Positions 11,432-24,400 of a stretch of DNA of 64,000 bases are shown one piece after another; position 1 is the stretch's first letter; the number at the start of each line of letters is the position of its first letter. The notes under the pieces are model-generated. The model did not search any database, was not told the DNA's origin, and saw only the letters and a list, made by a program, of their open reading frames with translations. Origin of the DNA: Enoplolaimus lenunculus (Eukaryota). The translations under genes and the position numbers were made by a program. Location: positions 806,001 to 870,000 of the forward strand of contig JASANG010003092.1 of assembly GCA_030248215.1 (NCBI GenBank), given 5' to 3'.

Positions 11432-11614
11432 GGCCCATGTAAAGATCAGAGGCGGAACGTTTTTTGTGGAACAAGAAAAGAGGAAGCTTAAGCTTCAGAC
11501 TAATTTTTTGCTCGGCTTAGGCTTAGGTTTAAGGTTAGGAATTACGCTCAAGCCTAGGATTAGGCTTACGAATATGCTTATAATACTGTTCCACCCCCGT
11601 TCTTTACATTAGAC
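11432..11614. mobile_element. TTAGGC-carrying MITE
   Basis: Family TIRs and perfect TSD AGGATTGG. Confidence 0.85.
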
Positions 11615-11863
11615 AGGATTGGGATGATTTGTGAGGTCCGACCGAAAACTAAAATAAACGACCAATTGACAAAGATTGTTTGTTTTTCGCTTATGCCTAA
11701 ACCTAAACCTATGGCGGAGGTGTTTTATTACAGCTTCAAAGTAACATAAAGTGGCAGGGCCTAAAAATGTTCAAAAAATTTTCTGCATACAACAACGATT
11801 AAACTAATATTTACCCATGGTAAAAAGAGAGATATCACCGCTATCGCTATAATTTGATCTTAA

Positions 11864-12126
11864 CCCTTTCTCACATGAATATTTTCTATTTTCCCTGAGA
11901 CCTACTTTTATGCTAGGATTCGAACTCCAGTGACTGGAGTGGAAGGCGTATACCATCACCACTCAGCTATAGTAGCTTGACGCTCGAGTCCGAGAGGGCT
12001 CTCACGTCTTGTGGTGATTTAGTACTATGTATACGTGTTGCAATTGTTAAACACGGTGCGATATATTTTATTTAACGTATATACACTGCGCTGAGTTGCC
12101 TATAGGCAACTCAATGCGAGACGGGG
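11864..12126. mobile_element. 263-bp piggyBac-like MITE with internal tRNA-like A/B-box cassette
   Basis: TTAA|CCCTTTCTCACAT...ATGCGAGACGGGG|TTAA. Near-identical inverted copy at 17273-17535. Confidence 0.85.
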
Positions 12127-12458
12127 TTAAACAAATCTATTCCATGCCATATACGAAAACGGAACTCTTTTCATATCCTTAAAATTAAATGTGCGAACAT
12201 CTGTTCACGACATTATTGCGCAGCATTTCTGACACAGCTGTTGTTACAGAATCGCAAAATACTGCGTCAAAACTAAGGCCAATTGCTTAAGCTTCTAAGA
12301 ATTAGCCTACAAGAGATTAAATCAAAATCTGATTATTGTCGGATTTAAATAACGCAAATTTTTCCTGTATTCTGCTAAATCATGGCTTTCTGATCGAAGC
12401 CGGGCGGTTTTTACAGATGTCAAAAAAACCCGCATTGAGTGTTCGTGACAGCGCAGTT

Positions 12459-15400
12459 TTATACTACAAATAAATCAAGTTCTTTCAACTTGTCGTACAA
12501 CTGTTGAAATGTTGGTCGTTCGATTGGATTGAACCGCCAACACGATTGCATCAACGGCACATATTCACAAGGCATTGTTTCCGGTGGTGTAAGTCGATAT
12601 CCTGATCAAACAGTACAGGCCCTTAGCCAGGTCAGCTTCGCTACGGGGGAGTTATAAATTATCAACAGCATTATTAAACAAGGGCTTTCGTTGACTTTAC
12701 AAGCAAGGTTGAAACTTTTCTAGGGGTGCCAAACGTTTTTCGGTAGGCTAACCCCTCTCCTGCTCCTGACCTTTGACTACGGGCACCAAACAGCATTAAT
12801 GAACTACACAAAGCGCTAACATTTATTTACTACACACAATTTTAGTTAGACCATTATGCTAACATGCCTGAACTGTAAATTTGTAAATATATTACTTTTA
12901 GCCAGCGACTTATGTATTTACTTAATAACTTCACGCATTTAATAAGCAACCCCTAACTGCGGCAAAGAAGTTGGGGCAAAAAAGAACATACGAACAAGTT
13001 GGGTAGGCGCTGTGTAGATAGATATTGGCCGCAACAGTAGTTCTTACATGTATGTAGTACGTTTATACACCAATTTCTAACCCTATGCCAAAGCTTCAGT
13101 GTAAGGATAAGCATATCCCTAGACCTAAACAAAAAAATTAGTCTCAAGCTTCTATAGCAGTCCCGCGGAAAAACGGGTAGGTCTCAGCTATGCATGACTC
13201 ATTCAACAAAGGCAGTGAGCATATCCCTAGGCCTAAGCAAAAAATTAGTCTCAAGCTTCTATAGCAGTCCTGCGGAAAAACGGGTAGGTCTCAGCTATGC
13301 ATGAGTCATTCAACAAAGGCAGTGAGCAAGCATATGCCTAGGCCTAAATAAAAAAATTAGTCTCAAGCATACTCTATAGTAGTCCCACAAAAACGACAAA
13401 ATGGTAAAATTATTATTTAGTACGTACATGAATACTAAAAGTCATACTTAAGTAGGGTTTCAGAAACGCAGTCATGAGCTGGCAAACTGTCCCTGTACTG
13501 CTTGTTCAGTGTAATAGCGGTGTCACTTTTTTAGACATTTTAAGACAAAACCGTACGTCTTTTACCTCTGTGTATATGTGTGTATATGTATTGTAAAAGT
13601 AATCCGCGCGAGTGTCAGATAAGAATCGACATGTTTTGTACAATTTTCCATTTTCTAGACTTTGTACCGCCGCTATTTCTAATAACGATCAGAGCAAGCA
13701 AACTTAAGTATTTATGGTTTCGCAAACCTAGTCCTGTATGTTAAAAATCTTGTAAAAAGATTACGGTTCACCTACGACAGATTATATTTTTCGCACGTTT
13801 TCACGACATTTTTATCCAAATGCAATCTTATTATCAATGAATGACGTAGAGTGTGTTCGTTTTGAACACGGCAAGATAATCTAAACACTGCAAGCTATTT
13901 TTTCTCTACGATCATTTGCAAAACATATTTATTCCTACTCGGCAGACAGCGAAATCTACGTTTAGATTGAAACTTTGCTTACTATGCTGTCACTGGCAGC
14001 TGCATTTAAATTCAGTTAAACGCAAATATTCTTTACACCTTAGTACCGCATTTTTTTGCTTTCATCATTTTGCGATTCATTTAGAGTAGCCTTCAGAGGT
14101 ACAACCGAGGGGAAGGACGGGGTGGGTGGCCGCCGCGCCCCCTACCGGATGACAACCAAAAAATCTTTGGTAGAATTTGTTATGTTTATCATGAAAAATT
14201 TTGCCTGCGATACGGTCTTGATATTGCATTTAACGCATATATTAAGAATAGCGCTCGGCGATCTAAGAATTGATGCAGTCCTCGGAATCCAAGGCAATCT
14301 AGAACTTTGTACTTGAATTTATTCTAAGAAAATGTTGCTGGTTTCTAGCTCGCGAGCATTTCTTCACTGTTCCAGCAGTGTTTAGACTGCCCGGTTGTCT
14401 TGAAATGGTTTTCACTCAAATATTACTTCATGATTTTTGTGTCAAATTTGACTACATCCATAACTCCTTTCGGCGAGAAACTAATTAATTGCAAAGCAAA
14501 AACGTACCTACTGTAGTGACCGGAATAAGAGAGGGGGCTGATATTTATTTGGCCTCTTCAGAGGGTGCCCCCCTTGTTATTCGGTTACGGCTGTTATTTA
14601 TTTTTTACACACGCTACGCTGCCCTTCATTGCTGATATATATCCGGTTCTGCAATTATCCGTTGAATTAAACGTTTATTTGTCTTGTGTCAATAGCTTGA
14701 GCGATAATACAAGGTTATACTTAGGAAAGTACTTTCATAATTTAAGTACGCTATAAAGTTTCGAACTCAAATTATTTGGTCCTGGAGTCATTTATGCGAT
14801 AAAATTAGGGTTAATTGACATTTATGGACTCTAATTAGGGTTTAGGGACTCTGTCCGGTTACGGACTCTTATTAGGAATACGGACTCCAATTGATTCGGA
14901 CTCAAAATGGGGACCCCCTCTTATTACCCCTCCCCCTCTTATTCAGGTCAATGCAGTACCGTACGCAATGTACACTGCTTAACAAATACTATTACAAAAC
15001 AAGACGTGATTTCGCCTCCGTCGGGCTAAATAGTTAAGCTTCTATAGCTGAATGGTGATGGTAAACACTTCCCGATTGATAGAGTGGTTGCTAGAATCTA
15101 GCTTAAAACTAAATTTGAGTGGAAATAGAAAATATTCATTCCAGAATGGCATAAATCAATGTAACATAGGTTACTAAATAAAAAAATTTGAGGCGCTTCT
15201 AAAGGAATCGAATTCATTTCGTTTGCAGCTGAAATATTTCAGCCGCGGGTATACCGGCGGGTAAAGATTTGTATCACGATGGTATAATATTAACATTTTT
15301 AGTCGCGCGAAACCTTTAAGATTTATGTGTGAAACATACGCTATTAACTAAGTTAGTCAGCGAGCGTTGGAAAACCACAAGTTCTGTGGTTTATTTAGTT

Positions 15401-18400
15401 TGGTTTGAAATTTTGTTGTTTCTAGTAAGCTTTCATGCGTAAAATTCATTGAAGCTACAACGCAAAACTTCAATAAAGTGCAAATCACCAGCGATATTTA
15501 AAATACGTGTACGACTTCAGGCGCGGATAAAAAGTGTATGTTTGTAGATCGCAGATCTTTTTACCATTGGTAAACCCTCGGGAAACAAACTTTTTATTTG
15601 CCTTGGTAAAGCACGGGTCGGGTAAAAAATCCTTATCCACATCCCACTCTGACGAGATCAAACTAGTTATCCATCCTTTTAACAGTGAAGTCTAGAAACC
15701 TATTTGCGGCATCGGCATTGAACCACAATAGTGTCCCTAGACTGGGACGTATACAATGAAGGATAGGTGGATATATACAGGCCCGTAGGCAGCTCACCTT
15801 GCTAGAGCAGGAGCTGAAATATTTCAGGAGGGGCATACGAGGGTCACTGCATACCTAAGTGTAAAAAGAATTTTTTTCGTTCGTTACGCTTGCTCGCAAT
15901 AATTTCTATAGACGAAGTTATGCCCTCCTGAAATGAAATCCTAACTGCACCCATGTTCACTAACCGTCTTCAATGAATTTTCGGATTTGTTTGACATTTT
16001 TTCCTGCGTAAGGCATTTGACCATTTGTCCATATCTCCCAAATCACTACACCAAAGCTCCATATGTCAGATTTTGATGTATATATACCTTGAAAGAATAC
16101 TTTTGTGTGGTTAACCCGTTAACCTCTGTGCTCCTGAACTCGATGCGTTTCGCATTGAAATTTAACTTAAGCTGACACCAATTTGCGACACACCATCTGA
16201 CTGTACAGCATGGGAATTAAAAACGTCATGTAGTACAGTTTTACAACATTATATCCATTCTGCTTAAAGCTAGCAATCCCCCCCACCCCTGTAAGAGAGC
16301 CTCGCCACCTCAGGGGTCTCACTTCCACTTCGAGTGGCTCAGTAAACTTTTGGCCACTGACTTAGTTTTTCACTTGTGTTGAGCATCAGCAAACGACACG
16401 ATTACATTGTAACTTAATGAATTATTAGGGGGCCTGATTGAATGTTATGGAGGCCTGACAGGTTAAACCTTGGGGAGCACCCACTTCACTTTACAGCTGA
16501 CAACGGAAAAATTTGTAAAAATCTGTTATAATTCATATAAGTGATTGACGTCGATGATACGTCAACAAATTAGCGCTTTCAAGATTTAAAGAATTGATCA
16601 AACACCTTTCGGACCCAAGCCGTTCTAAAACTCAGTACTTTGACTTTTAATGCGAGAAAAAGATATTAACTTTTCTTCACTGTTTTGAAAGCATAAAAAT
16701 AACACTTTCAAAATTAGCACCAGAAGTAGGACAACTCAAACGCGAAAAATGTGCTAAATTTTAAACCGTATTGTTTCGCTGGTTCGAAAGCTACCAGACA
16801 TATCATAAACTGGTAACAGGTGCTACACACATTTGAGTAAACTGATCCAGGACTTAAAAACAATTACTTTACGACTAACTATGGTTTATTGCTTCAGGCG
16901 CGGTCCATCGGACAGGAACTTTTGCACGATGCAACAGTAAGTAACTTTGACCAACTCTTGACATACCAAAATCACCAATTTTAACGACGTTATCTTTACC
17001 AAGCAAACAATTGCGAGCAGCCAGATCTCTGAAATGGTTTGAAACTAAAAAATTATAAGGCAACAACTTTGAAGACATATAAGACGTTTAATATTAAGGG
17101 GTAACTGCAAAGCTTTTAATAGCACATTTTTTCTATTGTTCAGAAATTACGAGAAAGATATCCTTGTATTGTTAATTTTTACGCAATAACTGGCACACAA
17201 GTTTTATTCATGTCCCATTGTTTCAAACTGTCAGTTTGATTAAATTTGTTTCTCGTTGTAAAGGTTCATTAACCCCTTCTCACATTGAGTTGCCTATAGG
17301 CAACTCAGCGCAGTGTATATACGATAAGTAATATATAACGCACCGTGTTTAAAAGTTGCAACACGTATACATACGTACTAAATCACCACAAGACGTGAGA
17401 GCCCCTCGGGCTCGAGCGTCAAGCTCCTATATCTGAGTGGTGATGGTATACGCCTCTCACTCCAGTCACTGTAGTTCGAATCCTAGCATAAAAGTAAGTC
17501 TCAGAGGAAATAAAAAATAATCATGTGAGAAAGGGTTAATCTCTTATTTGAAGGTGGTTGTTATACTTGGAATTTCAATTTTAAATGTTTACAAAATCTG
17601 TAGATTATAGATTTACTAAATCTTCCCTCACACGTGCGAATTTTGCTGGGAGAACTTGCAGCTGCAGCGTGCACTTGCAAGTTTTGTCCAAAATCCCGTG
17701 CGAAAAACTATCAACTGCAAATAATTCATCGAAAATCATAGCTAGAAATTTAGTTCACATGTTTGAATAACAAATGCTACTATACTGAATTTATTGCAGC
17801 CGCTTTCTTATTGACTGGTGAAAAAGTGCAAGTTGTGCGTGCAATTTGCAGCTGCAAGTTCTCGCTGCAAAAACTTGCACGTGTGAATAGGGCTTTAAAC
17901 TTTTGACTAAATTGTTTTAGTAAAATTTGTTGCAGCAAAATTTTCTAGCTAAATATGCAACCAGGATTTACAATTTAGTATACATATATCAATCGCATTA
18001 TTTTACTGAAATGTCAATTTTGTTAAAATTTTCTGTAGAAATTTAAAATCCGATATTTGATTTAGATTAAAGAATACTTAGAAGCATTTGAATATTGCAA
18101 GGGCGAAAAACGTCAAGATTGTTTAGATTATTAAAAAATTATAACTGAGGAATTAACGAAAATCGTTTTTGAAAATTCAGTTGCAGCAATCTTTTCTAAT
18201 TAAGTATTCAATCAGGCTTTAGATTAGTACTTAGGTATCAATCGTAATCTTCAGTGATATTACAACTTCAGCAAAATTTTCTGCTAAAATTTGGAATCGA
18301 ATTTTTGATTTGAATATGAAATATACTTAGAAGCATTTCAATTGCAAAAGCGTAGAACATCATAATAGATTAGATTATTAAGAATTGTAATTAAAAAATT

Positions 18401-21400
18401 AATCAAAATCATTAATGAAAGTTCAGTTGCAGCAAACTTTTCTAGCAAAGTATGCAATCACGCTTTAGGTTTAATATTCAGGTATTAATAGCAACATTTT
18501 AATAAAATTTCAATTTTAGCAAAAGTTCCGCTAAAATTTCGAATCGGATTTTGGATTTGCAGTAAAAGATACTTCGAAGGATTTTAATTTCGCCGGTTTA
18601 GAAAATCAAGATGCGTTTAGATTAAGGATTGTAATTGAGACTTTAATCCAAATCTTTTAACGAAATTTTGATTGCAGCAAAATTTTCTGGCTAAGTATGC
18701 AATCCGACTTTAAAAGTTTTACTATGCATGTATCGATCACAAATTTTTAATGTAATGTCAATTTCAGCCAAAATTTTTGCTAAGGTTTGGAATCGGCTTT
18801 TATATTTTACATTAAAAGATAATTAGAAGTATATTGATTGCACGGGTTTAGCAAATCAAGATAAGTTTAGATTAACAATTGCAATTGGGAATTTAATCCA
18901 AATCTTTTAATGAAATTTTGATTGCAGCAAACTTTTCTAGCTAAGTATACAATCCGGCTTTATGATTTGCTATGCATGTATCGATCGCAATTTTGTAACG
19001 AAATGTCCATTTTAGCAAAATTTTCTGCTAAAATTTGGAATTGGATTTTAATATAATTTAGATTAAGCATTGTAACTAAGGCATTAATCGAAATCTTATG
19101 CAAAACTTTTGATTGCAACCAAATTTTCGAGTTAAATCTTAGATTTATTTAAGAAGCATTTTTAATGTAGGGGTAAAATGTTTTGATGAAAATTTTAATA
19201 TTCAGTATTCATATATCGGCATGGGTATAAGCTAAACTTAAGAAGTACTTTTAAGGATTAGAGAATTTAGATATTTAAATCGACATATGGCATTTGAGGT
19301 AAACTATGATCATTAATGTGTTTTGATGAAATATCAAACCAAGCAAAACCTATTGCATTTTGCAAACTTGTGAATAAGTAAAGGAATAATATTATTACGT
19401 TTGTTCGAAGGACGTACTCTGAATGATTTGAATTTTAGAAACTTCTGACAGACATTTTTATTTTGATATCGAAACAAAGTATAAACTGCTGCATCTATTG
19501 AGAAAGTTTGAAATTTAATGTTTCAGTAGATTAAAGATTTTGTACTTGTGCTTCGATTTCGCAACCTTTTTATTTGCAAAATTATCAGCGGAAGATCCAG
19601 TGAAGGCCACATAGGCTTTGGCTATCCTGCAAGGTTAAAACAAAATTTTGTATGAAAATGTATCACTTAATTTGCGCTTGGCTTCTGGATCGCTTCGCTC
19701 GCGAGGTGTTTTTTACTATTATATATCGCGGAATCTTCCCGACAAAACTTTCTGAATTTTACCTGTGAATGCATTCACAATGCTCTAAGTATTGCATTCC
19801 GCTTGCAATATCGACCATAAACTTTGAACGTTGTTTATTTGTGATTTGTTTGCCTTTTTCTGTCAGATATGTCTTTAAAGAGCCGCCTGAAATATAGAAA
19901 TCGGTATATACTAAACCTGAGCTGCGCTAGAGATATGCAAAGATTTTACCTATATTTTTGTTATCAACGCATAGCCGCGTGCGGCCGCGTGTGGCATATA
20001 ACACTACCCTTATTGTTGTGCGTTTGCACCAAATTATATCTCTCCGAACGCAAAAACATCACATAAAGCCAACTTATAGTTTAAAAACCAATAAAACTCG
20101 AGGAATTTCGACTCTCATGTATTTGGGAATAATAATTCACACGGCCCTGAAGCAACTTTTTGTAAAAGTTAAAGTAGTAGCAAACTCGATGCTGTTATAG
20201 ATTTTGCATAAATTATTTCGTTTAAGGACGATAATTACCTGTTATATATTCCATAACTATCATTAACGGTTCTTTCTGTGCACAGATTCCAATCATACGC
20301 ACCTGACAGTATAACAAGTTTGGTACACAAGAGAATGCAAATGGGTCACTACTTATTAACCATGACTGCTGCAATCAAAAATCGAAACCAAAATTCTGCA
20401 TAAAAAAATTTTGCACTAAAATTGCGTTTGGCTTTTCGATCGCTTTGTTAGCGAGCTTATTTCACTGTCATAAATTTGTGAATTTCCCAGTGGTATGGAA
20501 AACTACGACTCGAACGTTTGGTGTATAATTTTCAGCTTTTCGTTGCGTCACAAATTGAGGATGCGTCAATGCAATTATATACACTCTTAAGAGCAAAAAT
20601 GTTAAATTTGATAAAATATATCGTTTAGCATAAATTTGCAAAATTTGCAAGGCAACTGAACATTTCAAACTAAATTTGTTTGAAGCGAACACTGAGACAA
20701 TAGAAATGTATGTTATTATTAATTAAACGTGTGAATCTAGTAATTTGCACCCTTTTCCGAACGAATTATATTTGGATGCAAGACTGAAACTACATAATTT
20801 TACTCCTAATGCAAATTAATTAACCACGTTTGTTTCTTTAACTGGCAAGGATAATTAAATCTGAATTTTAGAACTGATGTATAATTACGCCTCCCATCTA
20901 TAAGTAAATATTAATTTTTGAAATTCTTACAATACTTTAATAGTTGCACAAATGTGCAACTGGATAGGCTTCTCCGGTCCTAGGCGAACTTATTGCCTGA
21001 GCCCCTCGGATTAAGTGAACAAACTTAAAAAAACCATTTTTAAATGCTGTAGTGCTTTGCAGTCATATAAAATATATCAGAAACGACAGGTATTTTTCAA
21101 TGCATACAGCATACTTTCGGTCTTAATTTGTATACGTAATGGAAAACAAAAATCTGGTTGGAACGCTTCCCAAAATACGTTGTGGAGCGTTCCAGCTATA
21201 ATATATAGATTAGCTCTATGCATAAATTGTAGCGATAGCTTGTGCAAGCAATATTGTCATTTTTTAAATCTGTCACACTTTCTTGTTTTTGCATAAGTTT
21301 TAACGTGTTTGCCATGGTCAATGGCGGATCCATGGGGGGCCACCGCGGCCGTGGGCCCCCCCCCCAACAGCTTCTCGACAAAAATTATATAGCAATTTTA

Positions 21401-24400
21401 TGGTAATAGTTCGTAGTTTGTGTGTGGGTGAAAAAATAAGTTTATTACCTGTGAAATTTTGCCCCCCCCCCTCCATTTTGAAATCCTGGATCCGCCACTG
21501 GCCATGGTTATGCCTAAAACTCGTTGTCAGGGGTAGCTAACCACATTGGGATGAATATAACGGCGCATAATTCGAGCTTCAGCCAATAAGCTTCGTTTTT
21601 CATCGTCTGACACTTTAGTGTGACACGTTTTGACAGCGACGTTCATTGGTTCGTTGTTGTTCAGTATTGATCCGTAAAACACTTCGCCAAAACTTCCCTG
21701 TAATAAAGTTTCAGAAAGTAAAAGCTGTCAGTTACGTATGTTCCTGTTGTTATTCTGCGGCAGCCTTTCAGAACATATAAAATTGTGATATAACTCAAAA
21801 CGAAGTAAGCTTGAAAAATCTTATTCGACTTATAAACGGTTACAAATAGCAACATAACTTTTTTATTGGATTTCATTGTTCAATACTGATTCGTGTGCTG
21901 TATTGCAGCATTTTCCTAAAATTTCCCAATTTACGTCCATATTCGGGGGGATTTTGTATAAATCATAAGAAGTGCTCGGAGCAGACCAATAATAACAGTT
22001 CGGTCACTAGGTTTTGAGCAAAAACGTTCGCTGCAGCATTTTTTTGCAACACGTTTAGTCGGTTGACAGTACTCGTTCAAAGTTTTATTTACCTTCTCTG
22101 CAAGTTGTCCAGCACTATAGAATTTTAGCTAAAATAATATACCAAAACGTCCAAAATTCCACAAATAGTTTATGCTACGAATCAACAGGGAAGAAATTTG
22201 AGCGAATCTATTGCATGAGCCTAGTCATAATTGTAATTGATAACGGGATTTCCTTCGAACGTCGAATTCGTTTAACTATGAACCGTATAAGTAACAACTT
22301 CATTTCTACTGTTTAATAAACGAAACCTTTGCCCTAATACTTGCTAAAACGTTTTGTTTATAGTTTGCTAATTGTGCTGGTAAATACATTTGTCGATTTA
22401 AGCGTATGCTAAACAGCCAACAATTATACCGCTTGTTACAGCAATTTAAAGGACTGATGTTGCCGTAAACAATAACATTGCTACATTTTTTGATTCAAAT
22501 TAAAATTTCAAAGTTTATAGTACTTTTACTGTAAAGTAACAATTATTTTGGAAGTCTAGAATTTGCCGTTTGCAGTTCAAATTATGTATTATTTTTCATG
22601 TCTTAATTGGGAGTCCTGTTGTTTTGGATTATCGAGAGCAAATTTGTTATTATCGTTAGTTTTATTAAACTTATGGTACGTACAGCCACCAGGGTGTAAA
22701 CGGATAGTAAAAATAACGGAAACGAATAATGATCAGAATAATGGAAATGGAAAACGAATATTGAAATATAAACGATTCAAAACTGTTTTATTTTTCTACA
22801 AAACTGAGGCGTGCATATATTCACCAGTTTTTACAAAATATTAAAGAAAAATAACAGATGCATCGAAATGTTTAAGATTTTGCATAAATTTTGTCATTTT
22901 TATTTTATTTCAAACAAATGTAGTATATCTGTAACGAAAAATTGCGAGATATATAAGTGATTTTTACGACTTAATTTTAAACGTAAAAATAACACAATTT
23001 CCGTTATTTCTATAACGAAAATGGAAACGTACGCCGATTTTTACTGGAAACGGATATCCGATTACACACTGACAGCCACTTGTGTGTTAATTTGATTGAA
23101 GAATATTTTGAAGACTTTACGAAATATATATTATAAAGTTAGCTTTCTGAGTAAAAGCAAAACATGCTATGACACAACTGAAGACAGATAATTAACAAAT
23201 ATGTCCCAAGTACCGCATCGTTTATCCCAGCGCTACTGTACTGAACCGAATAGGAGGGGGAGGGGTAATAAGAGGGGGTCCCCATTTTGAGTCCGAATCA
23301 ATTGGAGTCCGTATCCCTAATAAGAGTCCGTAAGCGGATAGTGTCCCTGGGCTTTAATTAGAGTCCATAAATGTCAATTAACCTTAATTGTCGCGCATAA
23401 ATGACTCCAGGACAAATAATTTTAGTTCCAAACTTTAAAGCGTACTTAAATTTTGAAAGTACATTTCGATGTATAATCTAGTACCTATTATCGCTCAAGC
23501 TATTGACTCAAGACAAATAAACGTTTAATTCATCGGAATAATTGCAGTACCGGATATAGATCAGTAACGAAGTGCGGCGGAGCGTGGGTTAGAAATAAAT
23601 AACAGTCCATAACCGAATAACAAGGGGGTTACCCTGTGGAGAGGCCAAATAAATATCAGTCCCTCCCTCTTATTCCGGCCACTACAGTATACGACAGGTA
23701 TATCGTAACTCAAAAACTTATACAAAACGAAAATACGGTCACCTGACGTCAATTCTTTAAGTATCATTCAACTCAAAAAATGTCAACAAAAACTCAGGCA
23801 GCTTTTAATACCTCTCCAATTTTTCTGATCAGTGTCACTGCGTCGTGTGACAATTCCCACTTTTCTAGTGGAACTGCGCGTTGAAGAACAACACCAGATT
23901 CGGCGGTGATCGGAACGGCTGATGACCAATGATAGTAAATCAACGATGCAACTGTATAAAATCGTTTGTCTTCAAATTGATAAAACTAAAATTATGAAAT
24001 GTTGAAAAAAATCAGAAATAGGACTTGTTGATGTACCTAGAAATCCAGTCAAAAAATATAGAATACTTTTCTTGTTTTGAAAAAGCATGTTCCGATCGAC
24101 GCTGCAGATTTCACTAACGCTACAGAGCGTTTACATATTAATAGAGTTATATTACGCTAGCAGATCGTTTTAGAATTTTGGTGTTCCTATAAATAATATT
24201 TTCAACGATGCCGTAACCAAAGGGGAACCTGGAAGAATTTTGGCTACCCGTAAAATTTTCAACCTTGGTTGTAAGTCATCTAAAACCGTTGTGTGTCCTT
24301 ACTGAAAAATGTTTAGCCTCTCCCATCAAGCTGACCTGGCGACGGGCCTACTTGTGAAATATGCTGTTGAAAACCCGAAAAGTGTTTAGAATAACTTTTT

